Source: a virus (lineage: Duplodnaviria; Caudoviricetes). From it: 64,000 nt of DNA. Each line of letters starts with the position of its first letter. Positions within the stretch are counted from its first letter, which is position 1. Location: positions 1 through 64,000 of the IMG/VR virus record IMGVR_UViG_3300026522_000024, one strand, 5' to 3'. This document shows positions 48,341 to 59,016 of the stretch, in pieces. A program made the position numbers and the translations under genes. Under the pieces are notes generated by a model. The model made no database searches, had not been told where the DNA came from, and saw only the letters and a program-made list of their open reading frames with translations.

Positions 48341-48751
48341 ATGAGTAATCAGCAGGAACTGAAGGAAGAACTCTTGCGTAAGTTTAAGGAGTATCTTGAT
48401 AGTCAGGAGGAATTGAGTCCAGACAACATTAATATGATGAAGTTTCTTCCGTACCTTTTGAAGCTACAGAATCAGAAGTCACTCATATATGGACGTAGCT
48501 ACTGTAGACATGGCGATTTGTCCATCTTCTTGAATACAGAGAGAAAGTGGGATAGAATTTCCAACATAATGGACAACGCTATGAAGTCAGGGATGAATAC
48601 ACTTTATAGTGATAAATCAGCCACTCCTACAGAGACTTTTGTGGATACAGTAGTAGACCTAGCCAGCTATGGGATGCTGTGGGCAGCGTACATTATGGAA
48701 ACTCATCCAGAGGACTTCCAAAGATTTATTGAGAATAATGAGATAGAGTAA
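48341..48751 (+). CDS. Nucleotide-modification-associated all-alpha protein (DUF1599/Nmad1-like)
   Basis: K...YG.SY...RKWDRI...ET..DT..DLA.Y. Confidence 0.65.
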   Translation: MSNQQELKEELLRKFKEYLDSQEELSPDNINMMKFLPYLLKLQNQKSLIYGRSYCRHGDLSIFLNTERKWDRISNIMDNAMKSGMNTLYSDKSATPTETFVDTVVDLASYGMLWAAYIMETHPEDFQRFIENNEIE

Positions 48752-48867
48752 CAGGAAAATTTTACAGCAATTCTAAATTGACGTGTAAAATTAAGGTACA
48801 TCCGTTATATTTATGATAGAACCCATTTGAGGGAGAAATAAAAACATACAAGAAGGAGAGATTAACC

Positions 48868-49296
48868 ATGGCAGACAAGAAAAAAGACGCAAAGGCAACC
48901 AACAAGAAGGCAGCAACTGCTGTTAAGAAGGATGCTAAGGCAAAAGTTGAGGTAGGTACTGTAGCTAACACTGGTGACATTGTGAAGGGTATTGCTGATT
49001 TGAGCAAGGACACTGACCGCAAGATTTCACAGGCTGATGCAGCTCATGTGATTCGTCTGATGGCTCAGGCAGTTGGCAATGAGATTGCTAAGGGCAAGCG
49101 TGTACAGCTCACTGGATTTGTTACATTCTATCCGTCTTACCGTGGTCCACGTAAGGGCAATAACGTACTGACTGGGGAGTCCATGGACATTCCTGCTGGA
49201 GTTGCTCTGATGGCTAAGGCTGCTGGTCCATTGAAGGACATCACCCATAACATGGATGAGAAGATGGTCAATGCCATTAAGGCTATCAACGAATAA
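48868..49296 (+). CDS. HU/IHF-like DNA-binding protein
   Basis: G.RVQLTGF.TF...R..RKG.N..TGE...IPA. Confidence 0.88.
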   Translation: MADKKKDAKATNKKAATAVKKDAKAKVEVGTVANTGDIVKGIADLSKDTDRKISQADAAHVIRLMAQAVGNEIAKGKRVQLTGFVTFYPSYRGPRKGNNVLTGESMDIPAGVALMAKAAGPLKDITHNMDEKMVNAIKAINE

Positions 49297-49325
49297 TTAC
49301 GACATCAATTCCATAAAGAAATAGC

Positions 49326-49362
49326 AAAGCCGTGTTGTGTAAGAGCAACACGGCTTTTCTGT
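49326..49362 (+). terminator. Rho-independent terminator
   Basis: aaagccgtgttg/caacacggcttt plus T-run. Confidence 0.8.
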
Positions 49363-49433
49363 TCACTAACTAATGTAATACCATGGTATATCCCTTTATT
49401 TAGGGTAGACTTATTAAGAAGGGAGTTGAGTAT

Positions 49434-51170
49434 GTGAACTGCGATAAATGCGAACTCTGTAAGGGAGTTTCTAACCCACTAATAATGGGAGAGGGCAGTG
49501 GAAAATCCAGGGTTATGTTTATACAGGACTGTCCAGGAGAATTAGACGATAAGCACGGACAACCATTTTATGGTAAGTCATGTAATGCCGTGAGAACTGC
49601 GATGGAAAATCGTGGGATAAGCGATGTCTATTTCACCTCCTTGGTAAAATGTTTAGCACCTAACGAAGAACCAAAACCTGCTCATATAGAGCAGTGCTTA
49701 GAGTACCTAGAATCAGAGATAGAGGTGGTTGACCCAGACATTATAATTCCTACTGGGAATAAATCACTGAAATACTGTATAGGTAGGGTTGGAATAACCA
49801 AGGTAAGAGGCAATGCTCAGGAAGTAGAAATTTGTGGTAGAACTAGAATTGTACTGCCTACAATGCATCCACGTTCAGTACTGAAAAAGCCAGCCTATAA
49901 AGAGTATATCCTAAAAGACATGGATACTCTAAAGGATTTGTACGACAATGGAATGACAGAGGTTTCAGGGGTAGACTACAAGTATTTGGAAACTGTTGAG
50001 GATTGCGTAAAAGAAATAGTACGTATGAAGAATGAGGCTAAAATACTTAGCTTTGACTTGGAGACAACAGGAAAGTCTGCTTATATGGATTACTCTAAGA
50101 TTGTTTGTATAAGTCTTACGGATAAGACTCATTATGGAGTAGTAATACCTCTGTATAAACATGATTCCCCAATGAGCACTCAGGAAACTGGATTCATAGT
50201 AAAGCTGTTGAGGTGGTTACTGGAAGATGAATCCATACCTAAAGTAGCACATAACGGTAAATTCGATATTGAGTGGCTAAGAGATTGGTTAGGAATTGAT
50301 GTAAAGAACTTCTCATTTGACACCCTGTTGGGTCACTACTTAGCTGTATCAGAAGAGCAAGGTACTCAAGGATTGAAGAGTCAGGCTTGGGAGTTTACTG
50401 ATATGGGTGGGTATGACAATGAATTGGATGAGTACAGGGGTAAGCTATCTGATGGAGAAGGAGTAAATTCCAGATACAACTATGATAGAATACCTTGGGA
50501 TATATTGAAGACATACGCTGCTGCTGATGTAGACTGCTGCTTGAGATTGTATGAAATATATAAGCCTATGATTGAAGAGAATGACAAGTGGAGTATTGTT
50601 ATGAATGATATAATGATGCCAGTAAGTTATGCTCTGAGAGATATAGAGTCCAATGGAATGAAGATGGATGTTGATATTTCCAAAAAGTATAAGAACAGCT
50701 ATGCTGAGGAAATAACCAGAATAACAGATAGGCTAGAAAGCTATCCAGAGGTATTGGACATTGAACGTGAAAAGCGTCAGCTGTTTCAGGAGAGAGAACT
50801 GATAAAGTCAATACCTAAGAAGGACAGAACAGATGAAGAGCAAAAGAAATTCACGGAGTACAAAAAGTATGAGAATTTCAAGTTTAACTGGAATAGTGTT
50901 AATCAGCTGCGTGAATTGCTGTATGATAAGCTAGGGCTGGTGACGTCAGTACTCACAAATAAAGGTGAATTAAGTACCAGTGAGGAAGCAATGAATGAGA
51001 TAAGAGAGCAGCATGAGATACCAGACCTGCTCTTAGAACTCAGGAAAATTAGCACTCTGAATAATATGTTCATACAAAAGCTGCCTGAAATGGTGGATTC
51101 TCAAGGGATAATACATCCTAGTTTTAATTTGTCTGGAACGGTTACAGGACGTTTGAGTAGCGAGAACCCT
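49434..51170 (+). CDS. DNA polymerase family A, exon 1 (family-4 UDG-like domain + 3'-5' exonuclease + start of pol domain)
   Basis: C..C.LC...GEG...VKC...HP (UDG); FDLETTG, HNGKFD, YAAAD (exo); ends TVTGRLSSENP. Confidence 0.92.
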
Positions 51171-52120
51171 AGAATTGCGTGATGTTGGGGTTGTAAAATA
51201 GGGTGAACCCAAGTACTGGGGTGTGCACTACACGTTTAGTAACTACAGGAAATGGTAGCTAAGTAGTGTGCTAACAGGGAACTCTGAAATGAAAATCCTG
51301 TGCCAAGCTAGTGAAAGCCATAAAAGTAGCTAGAAGGTCAAACGACTAACAGGTGAGCAGGCAAGCAATACTCCTGACACGAGTGCCCTATAAGGTTGAG
51401 TATATATAGGTAGATGCTGGAATATAATTTTGGTAACTGTTGGATATTACCCTTTGAGGTGATATTTATGAGATACACAAGACTAGAGTTTATTCCAGGT
51501 TATGAAGGTTTGTATTCTATAACAGATACAGGAGAGGTATATAGCTGGAAATCTAATAGGTTTATTAAACACTACGTAAGACCTACTAGGGAAAACCATG
51601 ATAAGAAACATAATTATAGGTGGATAAAACTAAGTGGAACTTCTTATCCAGTTCATAGGTTAGTGGCTATGACTTATATACCTAATCCTGAAAACAAGCC
51701 TGAAGTGAATCACAAAAATTTTATAAGAGACGATAACAGGGTAGAAAATCTGGAATGGGTCACCAAAAAAGAGAATGAAGAACATAAAAGAATGAACAAT
51801 CCAGAGTTTTATGCTAAGCAATTAAGAGAAGCACAAAAGGTAGCTTGGAAAGTGTGTAGCAAAAAAGTTACTATAATAGAAAAGGATGGGACTACACATA
51901 ACTTTGAGATGCAAAAACAAGCTGTAGCTTGGCTAGGAATAACACTTAGAGTATTTGAGGCTTGGCTTAGCAATCCTGTTAGAATACCAAAAGGGTATAA
52001 AATTATCAAGGAAAATCATACTTATAAAAACCCGTACTCAACTGAATGATATAGTCTGACCTTACAAGAATAGAAATTGTAAGAATTTTAGGATAAAGAG
52101 CCTAAAAGATAACATAAGTG
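51171..52120 (+). mobile_element. Group I self-splicing intron in the DNA polymerase gene
   Basis: 5' exon ends in U and pairs with IGS (aaccct/ggggtt); intron ends in G; P7 gacta/tagtc (R gtcaaacgacta, S gatatagtct); P8 gttgagta/tactcaac flanks the ORF; splicing restores SSENP-NAQQFPR. Confidence 0.92.
51468..52049 (+). CDS. Intron-encoded NUMOD4-HNH homing endonuclease (I-HmuI-like)
   Basis: [15 protein letters not shown]; [22 protein letters not shown]...NLEW.T..EN. Confidence 0.9.
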   Translation: MRYTRLEFIPGYEGLYSITDTGEVYSWKSNRFIKHYVRPTRENHDKKHNYRWIKLSGTSYPVHRLVAMTYIPNPENKPEVNHKNFIRDDNRVENLEWVTKKENEEHKRMNNPEFYAKQLREAQKVAWKVCSKKVTIIEKDGTTHNFEMQKQAVAWLGITLRVFEAWLSNPVRIPKGYKIIKENHTYKNPYSTE

Positions 52121-53182
52121 AACGCACAACAATTCCCAAGAAAATCAGAGAATCCGTTATCTTTTCAATACCACAATGAACCTAAAGCACTATTTGGTTC
52201 TAGGTTTGGGAGTAATGGGTGTGTAATGAATGCTGACTATTCTGCTCTGGAAATGAGAATTGCTTGTATTATAAGTGGTGATGAAGCACTTACTAAAGCG
52301 TTGTTATCTGGTAAAGACCTTCATAAATCAACTGCTTCATTAGTATGGGGAGTACCAGTTGATGAAGTACCCAAGGATATGAGAACACGTGCAAAGTCTG
52401 TGAATTTTGGCATCATCTATGGAAAATCTGGCGTAACATTCGCTAAAGACCTTTATTATGACCCTTCAGGTGAAAATCCTAAGAAAACTGATGATTGGGA
52501 TAAAGCCAAGGAGGAAGGACTAAAGCTGGTAAATGACTACCTGAATACCTTTAGTGGACTGAAGCGTTGGTTGGAAAGAACCAAAAAATTTGCTTATAAG
52601 TATGGGTACGTTGAGACTATGTTTGGTAGACGCAGAAGGCTTCCAGATTTACATTCTAAAGTGCCTACACTGAAGAGCAATGCTGAGAGACAAGCAATCA
52701 ATGCTCCTATACAGGGTACAGGTTCAGATTTGACAATGCTTTCTATAATCAATATCAATCGTTGGCTAAAGGAAAACAACAAAAAGTCAATGATTATAGC
52801 TACAGTACACGATAGTATTGTATTTGATGTGTATATACCAGAACTTCCTGAGCTGTCTAAGAAGGTTAAGGAAATAATGGAGAGCGTTCATGAGCCTTAT
52901 ATTGATACTGTCGTACCCATTATTTCAGATTTAGAGTTGGGAGTTAACTATGGAGCCACTTTTGAAGTTACTTTGGATGAGTGTATGAATATACATAATT
53001 CTCAAGAGTTTAAGGAGTGGAACCATGAAAAGTGCTTATCTAAATACAGGAAGGAAATCAAGGAATTACATGGAAAGGGATGGGAATACAAAGAAGTGAT
53101 TGATTTCCTGTCTAAGCACAACAGACCCATCAAGGAATTGTTTAATGATATTGTGGAGGAATACTCTCAAGAATCAAGTTAG
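52121..53182 (+). CDS. DNA polymerase family A, exon 2
   Basis: ADYSALEMRI (motif A); R..AKSVNFGIIYG (B); TVHDS (C). Confidence 0.93.
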   Translation, partial: NAQQFPRKSENPLSFQYHNEPKALFGSRFGSNGCVMNADYSALEMRIACIISGDEALTKALLSGKDLHKSTASLVWGVPVDEVPKDMRTRAKSVNFGIIYGKSGVTFAKDLYYDPSGENPKKTDDWDKAKEEGLKLVNDYLNTFSGLKRWLERTKKFAYKYGYVETMFGRRRRLPDLHSKVPTLKSNAERQAINAPIQGTGSDLTMLSIININRWLKENNKKSMIIATVHDSIVFDVYIPELPELSKKVKEIMESVHEPYIDTVVPIISDLELGVNYGATFEVTLDECMNIHNSQEFKEWNHEKCLSKYRKEIKELHGKGWEYKEVIDFLSKHNRPIKELFNDIVEEYSQESS

Positions 53183-53192
53183 GAGGAATTGG

Positions 53193-53336
53193 ATGCATGA
53201 AAAGTATAAGATGTACAACCATACCACTGGTGCTGTTATTTATACAACAGAGCAGTTCATACAGCAGTGGGTAAATTTGGGATTTGAGGTTATACCTAAT
53301 AACCTAGTGATTTTTCCTATTAGGAAGATAGCATAA
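53193..53336 (+). CDS. Small hypothetical protein (47 aa)
   Basis: RBS aggagg; fills the gap between pol and the next gene. Confidence 0.55.
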   Translation: MHEKYKMYNHTTGAVIYTTEQFIQQWVNLGFEVIPNNLVIFPIRKIA

Positions 53337-53348
53337 GGAGGAACAAGT

Positions 53349-53936
53349 ATGAAAACTACAGATAAGTTAACTATGGATGAACGATTCTCAGTGCTTAACA
53401 TTGAAGTCAAGACTCAATCTTCTACTCATCAGGTAAATTTGGGGGATGACCTATTGATTGAGCCAGAGCATCTAAATGATGCTTTTATTGAGCAGCCAGC
53501 TAAATTTGCATACTGGGCAACGGTAGCACTTCAGGCTAAGTCTTTGGTAGATAAGAAAAAGCTGGAAGTAGACAAACAGGAGGACTACCTGAAGAAAAAC
53601 CTTATTGGTGAATTAGACAGAGAAGTCAGGAAGGAAATGGAACTCAATGGTGAGAAAATCACTGAAGCTAAAGTTACCAATGGTATATATACTCATGAAA
53701 GGTATCAAGAGGAACAGGCTAAATACTACCAATTAAAGGAAGAACTACTGGAACTCCAAAATAAATTTGCTGTTCTGGATATGGCTAAAGAGTCTATGAA
53801 TCAGCGTAAAGATATGTTGATATCACTGGGTGCTCAGCTTAGAATGGAAGGAAACAACGCAGACCTTACAATTAAGGCAGAGGCAGCAAAGAAGGTGATT
53901 GGTGCTAACAAGAGAACAGCAATTAAAAGCAAGTAA
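53349..53936 (+). CDS. UvsY-like recombination mediator
   Basis: QPAKFAYW; KITEAKV; QRKDMLI.LG; coiled coil; next to SSB and RecA. Confidence 0.55.
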   Translation: MKTTDKLTMDERFSVLNIEVKTQSSTHQVNLGDDLLIEPEHLNDAFIEQPAKFAYWATVALQAKSLVDKKKLEVDKQEDYLKKNLIGELDREVRKEMELNGEKITEAKVTNGIYTHERYQEEQAKYYQLKEELLELQNKFAVLDMAKESMNQRKDMLISLGAQLRMEGNNADLTIKAEAAKKVIGANKRTAIKSK

Positions 53937-54009
53937 TCATGAGATTTCTAGGGTAAACCTTTATTCATTGTAGGTTGTTTATTTTTGATAAAAATAGGAG
54001 GAACACAAT

Positions 54010-54948
54010 ATGGGAAAACTTAACATGAAAGCTATGAATGCAGCTCAGGCTAGAGAGGCAGAACGTGGTAGAGGTAATGCGCAATATGATAAGCTGGTTC
54101 AAGGTAAGAATGTACGCAGACTGCTGTGGCCAAAGGGTGATAAGGAGTCATTCTACAGTGAGGGGTATGTACATTTTGGCTTAGGTGAAGATGGTAAGAC
54201 AATGGTCACCTGCCCTAAGACATTTGATAGCCATAATCGTTGCCCTGTGTGCGAATATGTAGAGCAGCTTCAGAAGTCTAAGGACAAAGATGACAAGAAG
54301 ATGGCTAACGACATCAAGGCAAGACGTAGAATTTATGTTAATGTGATTAACAGAGATTCTGATGATGAGGAAGATACACCTAAAGTGCTTCCTATTGGTG
54401 TTACAATCCTGAAAGGGCTGTTGGACATCATTTGTGACCCAGACTATGGTGACATCACTGATTACAACGAAGGCAGAGACATTACTATCAAGCGTACAGG
54501 TCAAGGACTCAAGACTGAGTACTCTGTAATTGCTAAGCCTAATGCTAGTGTTGCTTCTGAGTCAATGTCTGAGGAAGAACTGGAAGAAAAGATGCCTGAT
54601 TTGGATTCTATGTTCCATGAAAAGACCTATGAGGAACTTGAAGACATTCTTAATGGCGGTGATGGTTCTACTGAAGAGGATGACGATGAGGAAGAATCCG
54701 ATGAGGATGAAGAACTGGAATATGATGACATGGAACTGTCTGAGTTGAAGGCACTCTGTAAAGAACGTGGTATTTCACTGCCTGCTAAGGTGTCTAAAAT
54801 CAAGCTCATTACTCTTCTCACGAAGTATGATGAAGAAGCTGAAAGTGAGGCTGAATCTGAAGAGGATGACGATGAGGAAGAATCCGATGATGCCGATGAA
54901 GTAAAGGATGCCATTGCTAAGGCTATTGCTAAAAGACGTAAGAAGTAA
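54010..54948 (+). CDS. gp32-like single-stranded DNA-binding protein
   Basis: G.N.RRLL; HF...CP...CPVCE; DITD...GRDI.I.R.G.G..T.Y; acidic tail with a SAP-like motif. Confidence 0.8.
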   Translation: MGKLNMKAMNAAQAREAERGRGNAQYDKLVQGKNVRRLLWPKGDKESFYSEGYVHFGLGEDGKTMVTCPKTFDSHNRCPVCEYVEQLQKSKDKDDKKMANDIKARRRIYVNVINRDSDDEEDTPKVLPIGVTILKGLLDIICDPDYGDITDYNEGRDITIKRTGQGLKTEYSVIAKPNASVASESMSEEELEEKMPDLDSMFHEKTYEELEDILNGGDGSTEEDDDEEESDEDEELEYDDMELSELKALCKERGISLPAKVSKIKLITLLTKYDEEAESEAESEEDDDEEESDDADEVKDAIAKAIAKRRKK

Positions 54949-54974
54949 GCCTAGTATAGATTACACATAAATTA

Positions 54975-55004
54975 TAGGGTGAGGTGTATTCCTCACCCTA
55001 ATTT
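54975..55004 (+). terminator. Hairpin / probable terminator
   Basis: tagggtgagg/cctcacccta perfect stem. Confidence 0.6.
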
Positions 55005-55022
55005 GTAGGAGGGATAGCAAAT

Positions 55023-56120
55023 ATGGCTAAAAATGTGAAGCGTAAGCCAGTAATAACTCCAGAGGAAACAGATGAAGATGTGCAGTTTCTTCAGGAATTA
55101 GCTGATAAAGTCAATAAAACCTTAGAGCGTGATACCATTATGGTAGGTGACAACGTAGGTGACTCTAATGTACCATATTGGATATTGACTGGTATTCCAG
55201 CATTGGATTTTGCTATTGGTGGCAAGTGTCATCCAGGCATTCCAGGTGCTAGAATTACAGAGATATTTGGTCCAGAGGCAGTTGGTAAATCTACGCTCAC
55301 ACTGTGGATAATGAAGCAAGCTATAGAGCAGCAGAAGGCTATTGCTTATCATCAGGACGCAGAGAGGGTGCTTACTCCAGAAATCATTAAGGGTACTGGT
55401 ATTAACATGAATAGAGTTATGCGTGACCAACCAGATACCTTAGAGGAAGCATTTGACGCACAGGAAGCAATGCTAGAGGAATTGCAAGGCAGAAAGAGTG
55501 CTGTAGTAACCATACTGGATTCAATTGCTGCTTGCTCTACAATGGCTGAGATTGAAGGGGACATGGGAGACCAACAGGTTGGTAGCCATGCTAGGGTAAT
55601 GAGTAAGGGGTTGCGTAAGATTAAGTCAGCAATTCTTGAGTCTTATGTCCTTTCACTTTGGGTTAACCAGACTAGAGAGAAGATTGGTGGAACTTCTTGG
55701 GGAGATAATACTACTACATTTGGTGGTAAGGCAATGTCCTTCTATGCTTCTGTACGTATAAAGCTGTCTAAGATTAAGACGCTGAAAAAGAACAAGGACA
55801 GTGATGCCTATGGTTGTACTATTGAGGCTACTGTTGTAAAAGATAAGGTAGCACCACCACTGCGTAAGGCTCACTATGATATTCTCTTTATTCAAGATAA
55901 AGATGGAAGCTATCCAAAGTTGGATATTGAGGGTGCTTTGCTTGATTGGTGTAGAGATAATGATTTAATTGGTGGTAATAAGTCATCTGGTAGATACGAA
56001 CTCAATGGCAAGAATTTGTATAGAGACCAAGCCAGGCGGATGCTTATGGATGACCCAGAATTGTTTAGAGAAATTTGGGACTTGGCGTATTCATTGGCTA
56101 CTCCATTGGAATCTGAATAA
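55023..56120 (+). CDS. recA: RecA-like recombinase
   Basis: TG...LD.AIGG; GPEAVGKST; DAE; DSIAA; NQ.REKIG; GGKA..FYASVR. Confidence 0.92.
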   Translation: MAKNVKRKPVITPEETDEDVQFLQELADKVNKTLERDTIMVGDNVGDSNVPYWILTGIPALDFAIGGKCHPGIPGARITEIFGPEAVGKSTLTLWIMKQAIEQQKAIAYHQDAERVLTPEIIKGTGINMNRVMRDQPDTLEEAFDAQEAMLEELQGRKSAVVTILDSIAACSTMAEIEGDMGDQQVGSHARVMSKGLRKIKSAILESYVLSLWVNQTREKIGGTSWGDNTTTFGGKAMSFYASVRIKLSKIKTLKKNKDSDAYGCTIEATVVKDKVAPPLRKAHYDILFIQDKDGSYPKLDIEGALLDWCRDNDLIGGNKSSGRYELNGKNLYRDQARRMLMDDPELFREIWDLAYSLATPLESE

Positions 56121-56138
56121 TACAGATAAGCAATAAAC

Positions 56139-56172
56139 TAGAGCAGCCTATACCACATGGGCTGCTCTATTG
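56139..56172 (+). terminator. Hairpin / probable terminator
   Basis: tagagcagccta/tgggctgctcta. Confidence 0.6.
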
Positions 56173-56200
56173 ATAATAGTACTATTTATAGGAGGATAAC

Positions 56201-57160
56201 ATGAGAGGGCTACACTTAATTTTTGATGGTAATAATACCAGTTATAGAGCCAATGCCGTTACTGAATTGTACACTAAGCAGGGTGAACGTACTTCAGCTA
56301 TCATAGGCACTTTGAATATAACTCATGCAACAATGGAAAACCTCACTAAAGAACTCAAGATGCCTATTAAGGAAGTCATTTATGCTTGGGATATGGGGCA
56401 TTCTCCACGTAGAACTTCTGTATTTCCAGAGTATAAAGGAAACAGGAAAAAGACCTTCACTCCAGAGGACTCAGAATGGATGGAGGAATTTATACATCAG
56501 GCTAATGTATTACATGAAAACCTTCCTATGCTGGGAATTAAATCCTATCGAAAAAAGGGCTGGGAGGGTGACGATATAGTGCTAGGCATAGTGGAAGAAA
56601 TTGACCGAAAATCCCCAGAAGACATCTCAGTGATTATTTCTACTGATGAGGACTTTCACCAGCTTATTTCGCCATCTACGCACGTTTATTCACCAATTAA
56701 GAAAATACTGTTTACTTTAGACAATTATAAGGAACTTACTGGCATAGACCATGAGAACTTTTTGACGTATAAAATACTTAAAGGTGACTCCTCTGATGGT
56801 ATTCCAGGTATCCCAGGCATTGGAGAAAAGACAGCTAAAACACTTGTTAACACATATGGTTCTCTTGATACCTTGCTAGAAGCAGGAGAAGAACTGAGAA
56901 AATCCAAAAGAACAGCAAAGATTTTTACACACGAAGGGCTGTCTATTTTGGATAGAAACAATAAGCTGATAAACCTAAGAGATTATGTTGATTTGTCAGA
57001 GATACAAGATGATATATCAGAACTCTTGGAAGATGAGCCTGTGGTTGATGAAAAAGCCACTAAAGCCTTTCTCATGAGATACCAGCTTACATCTATTTTG
57101 GTGAAATTCAAAAGTTGGATAGAAGTTTTCTCTGAGGCTGTTGATAATTTTTACGAATAG
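56201..57160 (+). CDS. 5'-3' exonuclease (PolI N-terminal/FEN family)
   Basis: FDGNN; YKGNR; EGDD; STDED; GDSSDGIPG..GIGEKTA. Confidence 0.92.
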   Translation: MRGLHLIFDGNNTSYRANAVTELYTKQGERTSAIIGTLNITHATMENLTKELKMPIKEVIYAWDMGHSPRRTSVFPEYKGNRKKTFTPEDSEWMEEFIHQANVLHENLPMLGIKSYRKKGWEGDDIVLGIVEEIDRKSPEDISVIISTDEDFHQLISPSTHVYSPIKKILFTLDNYKELTGIDHENFLTYKILKGDSSDGIPGIPGIGEKTAKTLVNTYGSLDTLLEAGEELRKSKRTAKIFTHEGLSILDRNNKLINLRDYVDLSEIQDDISELLEDEPVVDEKATKAFLMRYQLTSILVKFKSWIEVFSEAVDNFYE

Positions 57161-57188
57161 AATATTATGTAAATACAGGAGATTATTC

Positions 57189-57662
57189 ATGGAAAACATA
57201 GACAAATGGCTAAATAAATTAGCCAACAATAAAGTGAGGGCAGATAACTCAGTAGATAAAGACGGTGTAATCATGGTTTGTAATTTTAGGGAAGTACCAG
57301 ATACTAACACCATGATTTTTATGATAACTATGGTGAAAAATCATACAAAAACAAATACTGCTTTACCTCCACAGTTGTTCAGGAATATGATGAACATAGT
57401 GGATAATTCCATAGGCTCAGAGGCATATAACTGCCCTGAAAGTATCAAGGAATCTGGACACTTTGAATCTTGTAACACAATACCTAAAGCTAATGACTGG
57501 CAGAAAAAGCTGAACTGCCATAGATTCTTTTTTATACCATACTTACATGTACTGTATATGGAAAATGCTTTATTTAGTGAAAACCACAAAAAACTCTTAA
57601 AAAGCTATGGGATTTCTGGTATACAGATAAAATCCTCATATAGCTTTTGTATTTCTTTGTAG
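57189..57662 (+). CDS. Hypothetical protein
   Basis: RBS aggag before ATG 57189. Confidence 0.5.
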   Translation: MENIDKWLNKLANNKVRADNSVDKDGVIMVCNFREVPDTNTMIFMITMVKNHTKTNTALPPQLFRNMMNIVDNSIGSEAYNCPESIKESGHFESCNTIPKANDWQKKLNCHRFFFIPYLHVLYMENALFSENHKKLLKSYGISGIQIKSSYSFCISL

Positions 57663-57690
57663 GCTTTTGTTTAGTTATGAGGTGATTCAG

Positions 57691-59016
57691 ATGATAGTAG
57701 TAAAACGTGATGGAAACAAGGCAGAGTTTAATGGACAGAAGATTGTGGACGCAATTTCTAAGGCAGGATTTGTAGATGATGCAGTCAAGCGTCAAATTGC
57801 TGAAGAGATAGCAATGGAAGCAAGTGAATTCGGAGATAGCATTACTGTAGAGCAGATTCAGGATTCAGTAGAGAGGAAATTGATGGCTTCCAACTATAAG
57901 AGTGTAGCAAGAGAGTATATTCGCTACAGATATAAGAGAGAAATCATCAGGAAGAATAACCAGCTTCAGCGTAATATACTGGAGATTGTTTCCGCTAAGA
58001 ATGAGTACGTAAATGGTGAGAACTCTAACAAGAACCCACAGATACTTTCTACTCAGCGTGATTACATGGCTGGTGAAGTATCTAAGGATTTGACTATGAA
58101 GATGCTTCTTCCTGACGATATAGTAGAAGCACACAAGAAGGGCATTATTCATTTTCATGATTCAGATTACTTTGCTCAAACCATGCACAACTGCTGCTTG
58201 GTTAATCTGGAGGATATGCTTCAGAATGGTACGGTTATCAGCAAGACACTCATTGAGAAGCCACACTCATTCGCTACAGCCTGTAACGTAGCAACCCAGA
58301 TTATGGCTCAGGTAGCATCTAACCAGTATGGTGGTCAGAGTGTTACTTTGTCTCATTTAGCACCATTCGTAGACGTATCTAGGCAGAAGATTCGTGCTGA
58401 GGTCAAGGCAGAGTATGAGAGAATGGTTGCTGATGGTGATATTCCTGCTATGCCCAGTGAGGAAAGCATATTCAAGATTGCTGAAGGCAGACTGAAGACT
58501 GAGGTTAAGAGAGGTGTTCAGACCATACAGTATCAGGTTAATACTCTTATGACCACTAATGGGCAAACTCCATTTGTTACGGTATTCATGTATATCAATG
58601 AAGTGCCTGATGGAACTATTCGTGATGACTTGGCAATGATTATCGAGGAAGTATTGAAACAGCGTTATCAAGGCACTAAGAACGAAAAAGGTGTGTGGGT
58701 AACACCTGCCTTCCCTAAGCTGGTATATGTTACTACAGAAAACAACATCAAGGAAGGCACTAAATATTGGTATCTGACTGAGTTGGCTGCTAAGTGTACT
58801 GCTAGAAGGCTTGTACCTGACTATGTTTCTGAAAAGATGCTTATAAGATACAAGTATCCAGATGAAAATTTACAAACTATTAAATACCGTAGAGACCATT
58901 GGGGTGATGAGTATATGTATGGTAAAAACCCATTTAAGGAGTTGACTGACGATGAGTGTGAAATCCTTGAAAAGTATGCCAAAGAGTTACGTAAAGAACA
59001 GAATTTTATGGTATAG
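57691..59016 (+). CDS. nrdD: Anaerobic ribonucleotide reductase NrdD, N-terminal half
   Basis: ATP cone (VVKRDG); HFHD.DY; HNCCL; QYGGQS; NGQTPF; FPKL; PDY.SEK, then a divergent tail and stop. Confidence 0.9.
   Translation: MIVVKRDGNKAEFNGQKIVDAISKAGFVDDAVKRQIAEEIAMEASEFGDSITVEQIQDSVERKLMASNYKSVAREYIRYRYKREIIRKNNQLQRNILEIVSAKNEYVNGENSNKNPQILSTQRDYMAGEVSKDLTMKMLLPDDIVEAHKKGIIHFHDSDYFAQTMHNCCLVNLEDMLQNGTVISKTLIEKPHSFATACNVATQIMAQVASNQYGGQSVTLSHLAPFVDVSRQKIRAEVKAEYERMVADGDIPAMPSEESIFKIAEGRLKTEVKRGVQTIQYQVNTLMTTNGQTPFVTVFMYINEVPDGTIRDDLAMIIEEVLKQRYQGTKNEKGVWVTPAFPKLVYVTTENNIKEGTKYWYLTELAAKCTARRLVPDYVSEKMLIRYKYPDENLQTIKYRRDHWGDEYMYGKNPFKELTDDECEILEKYAKELRKEQNFMV

Noticed and set aside
54671-54890. 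Exact 34-bp direct repeat in the SSB gene
   Set aside because: An in-frame duplication of an acidic EEDDDEEESD tract; no sign of a mobile element.
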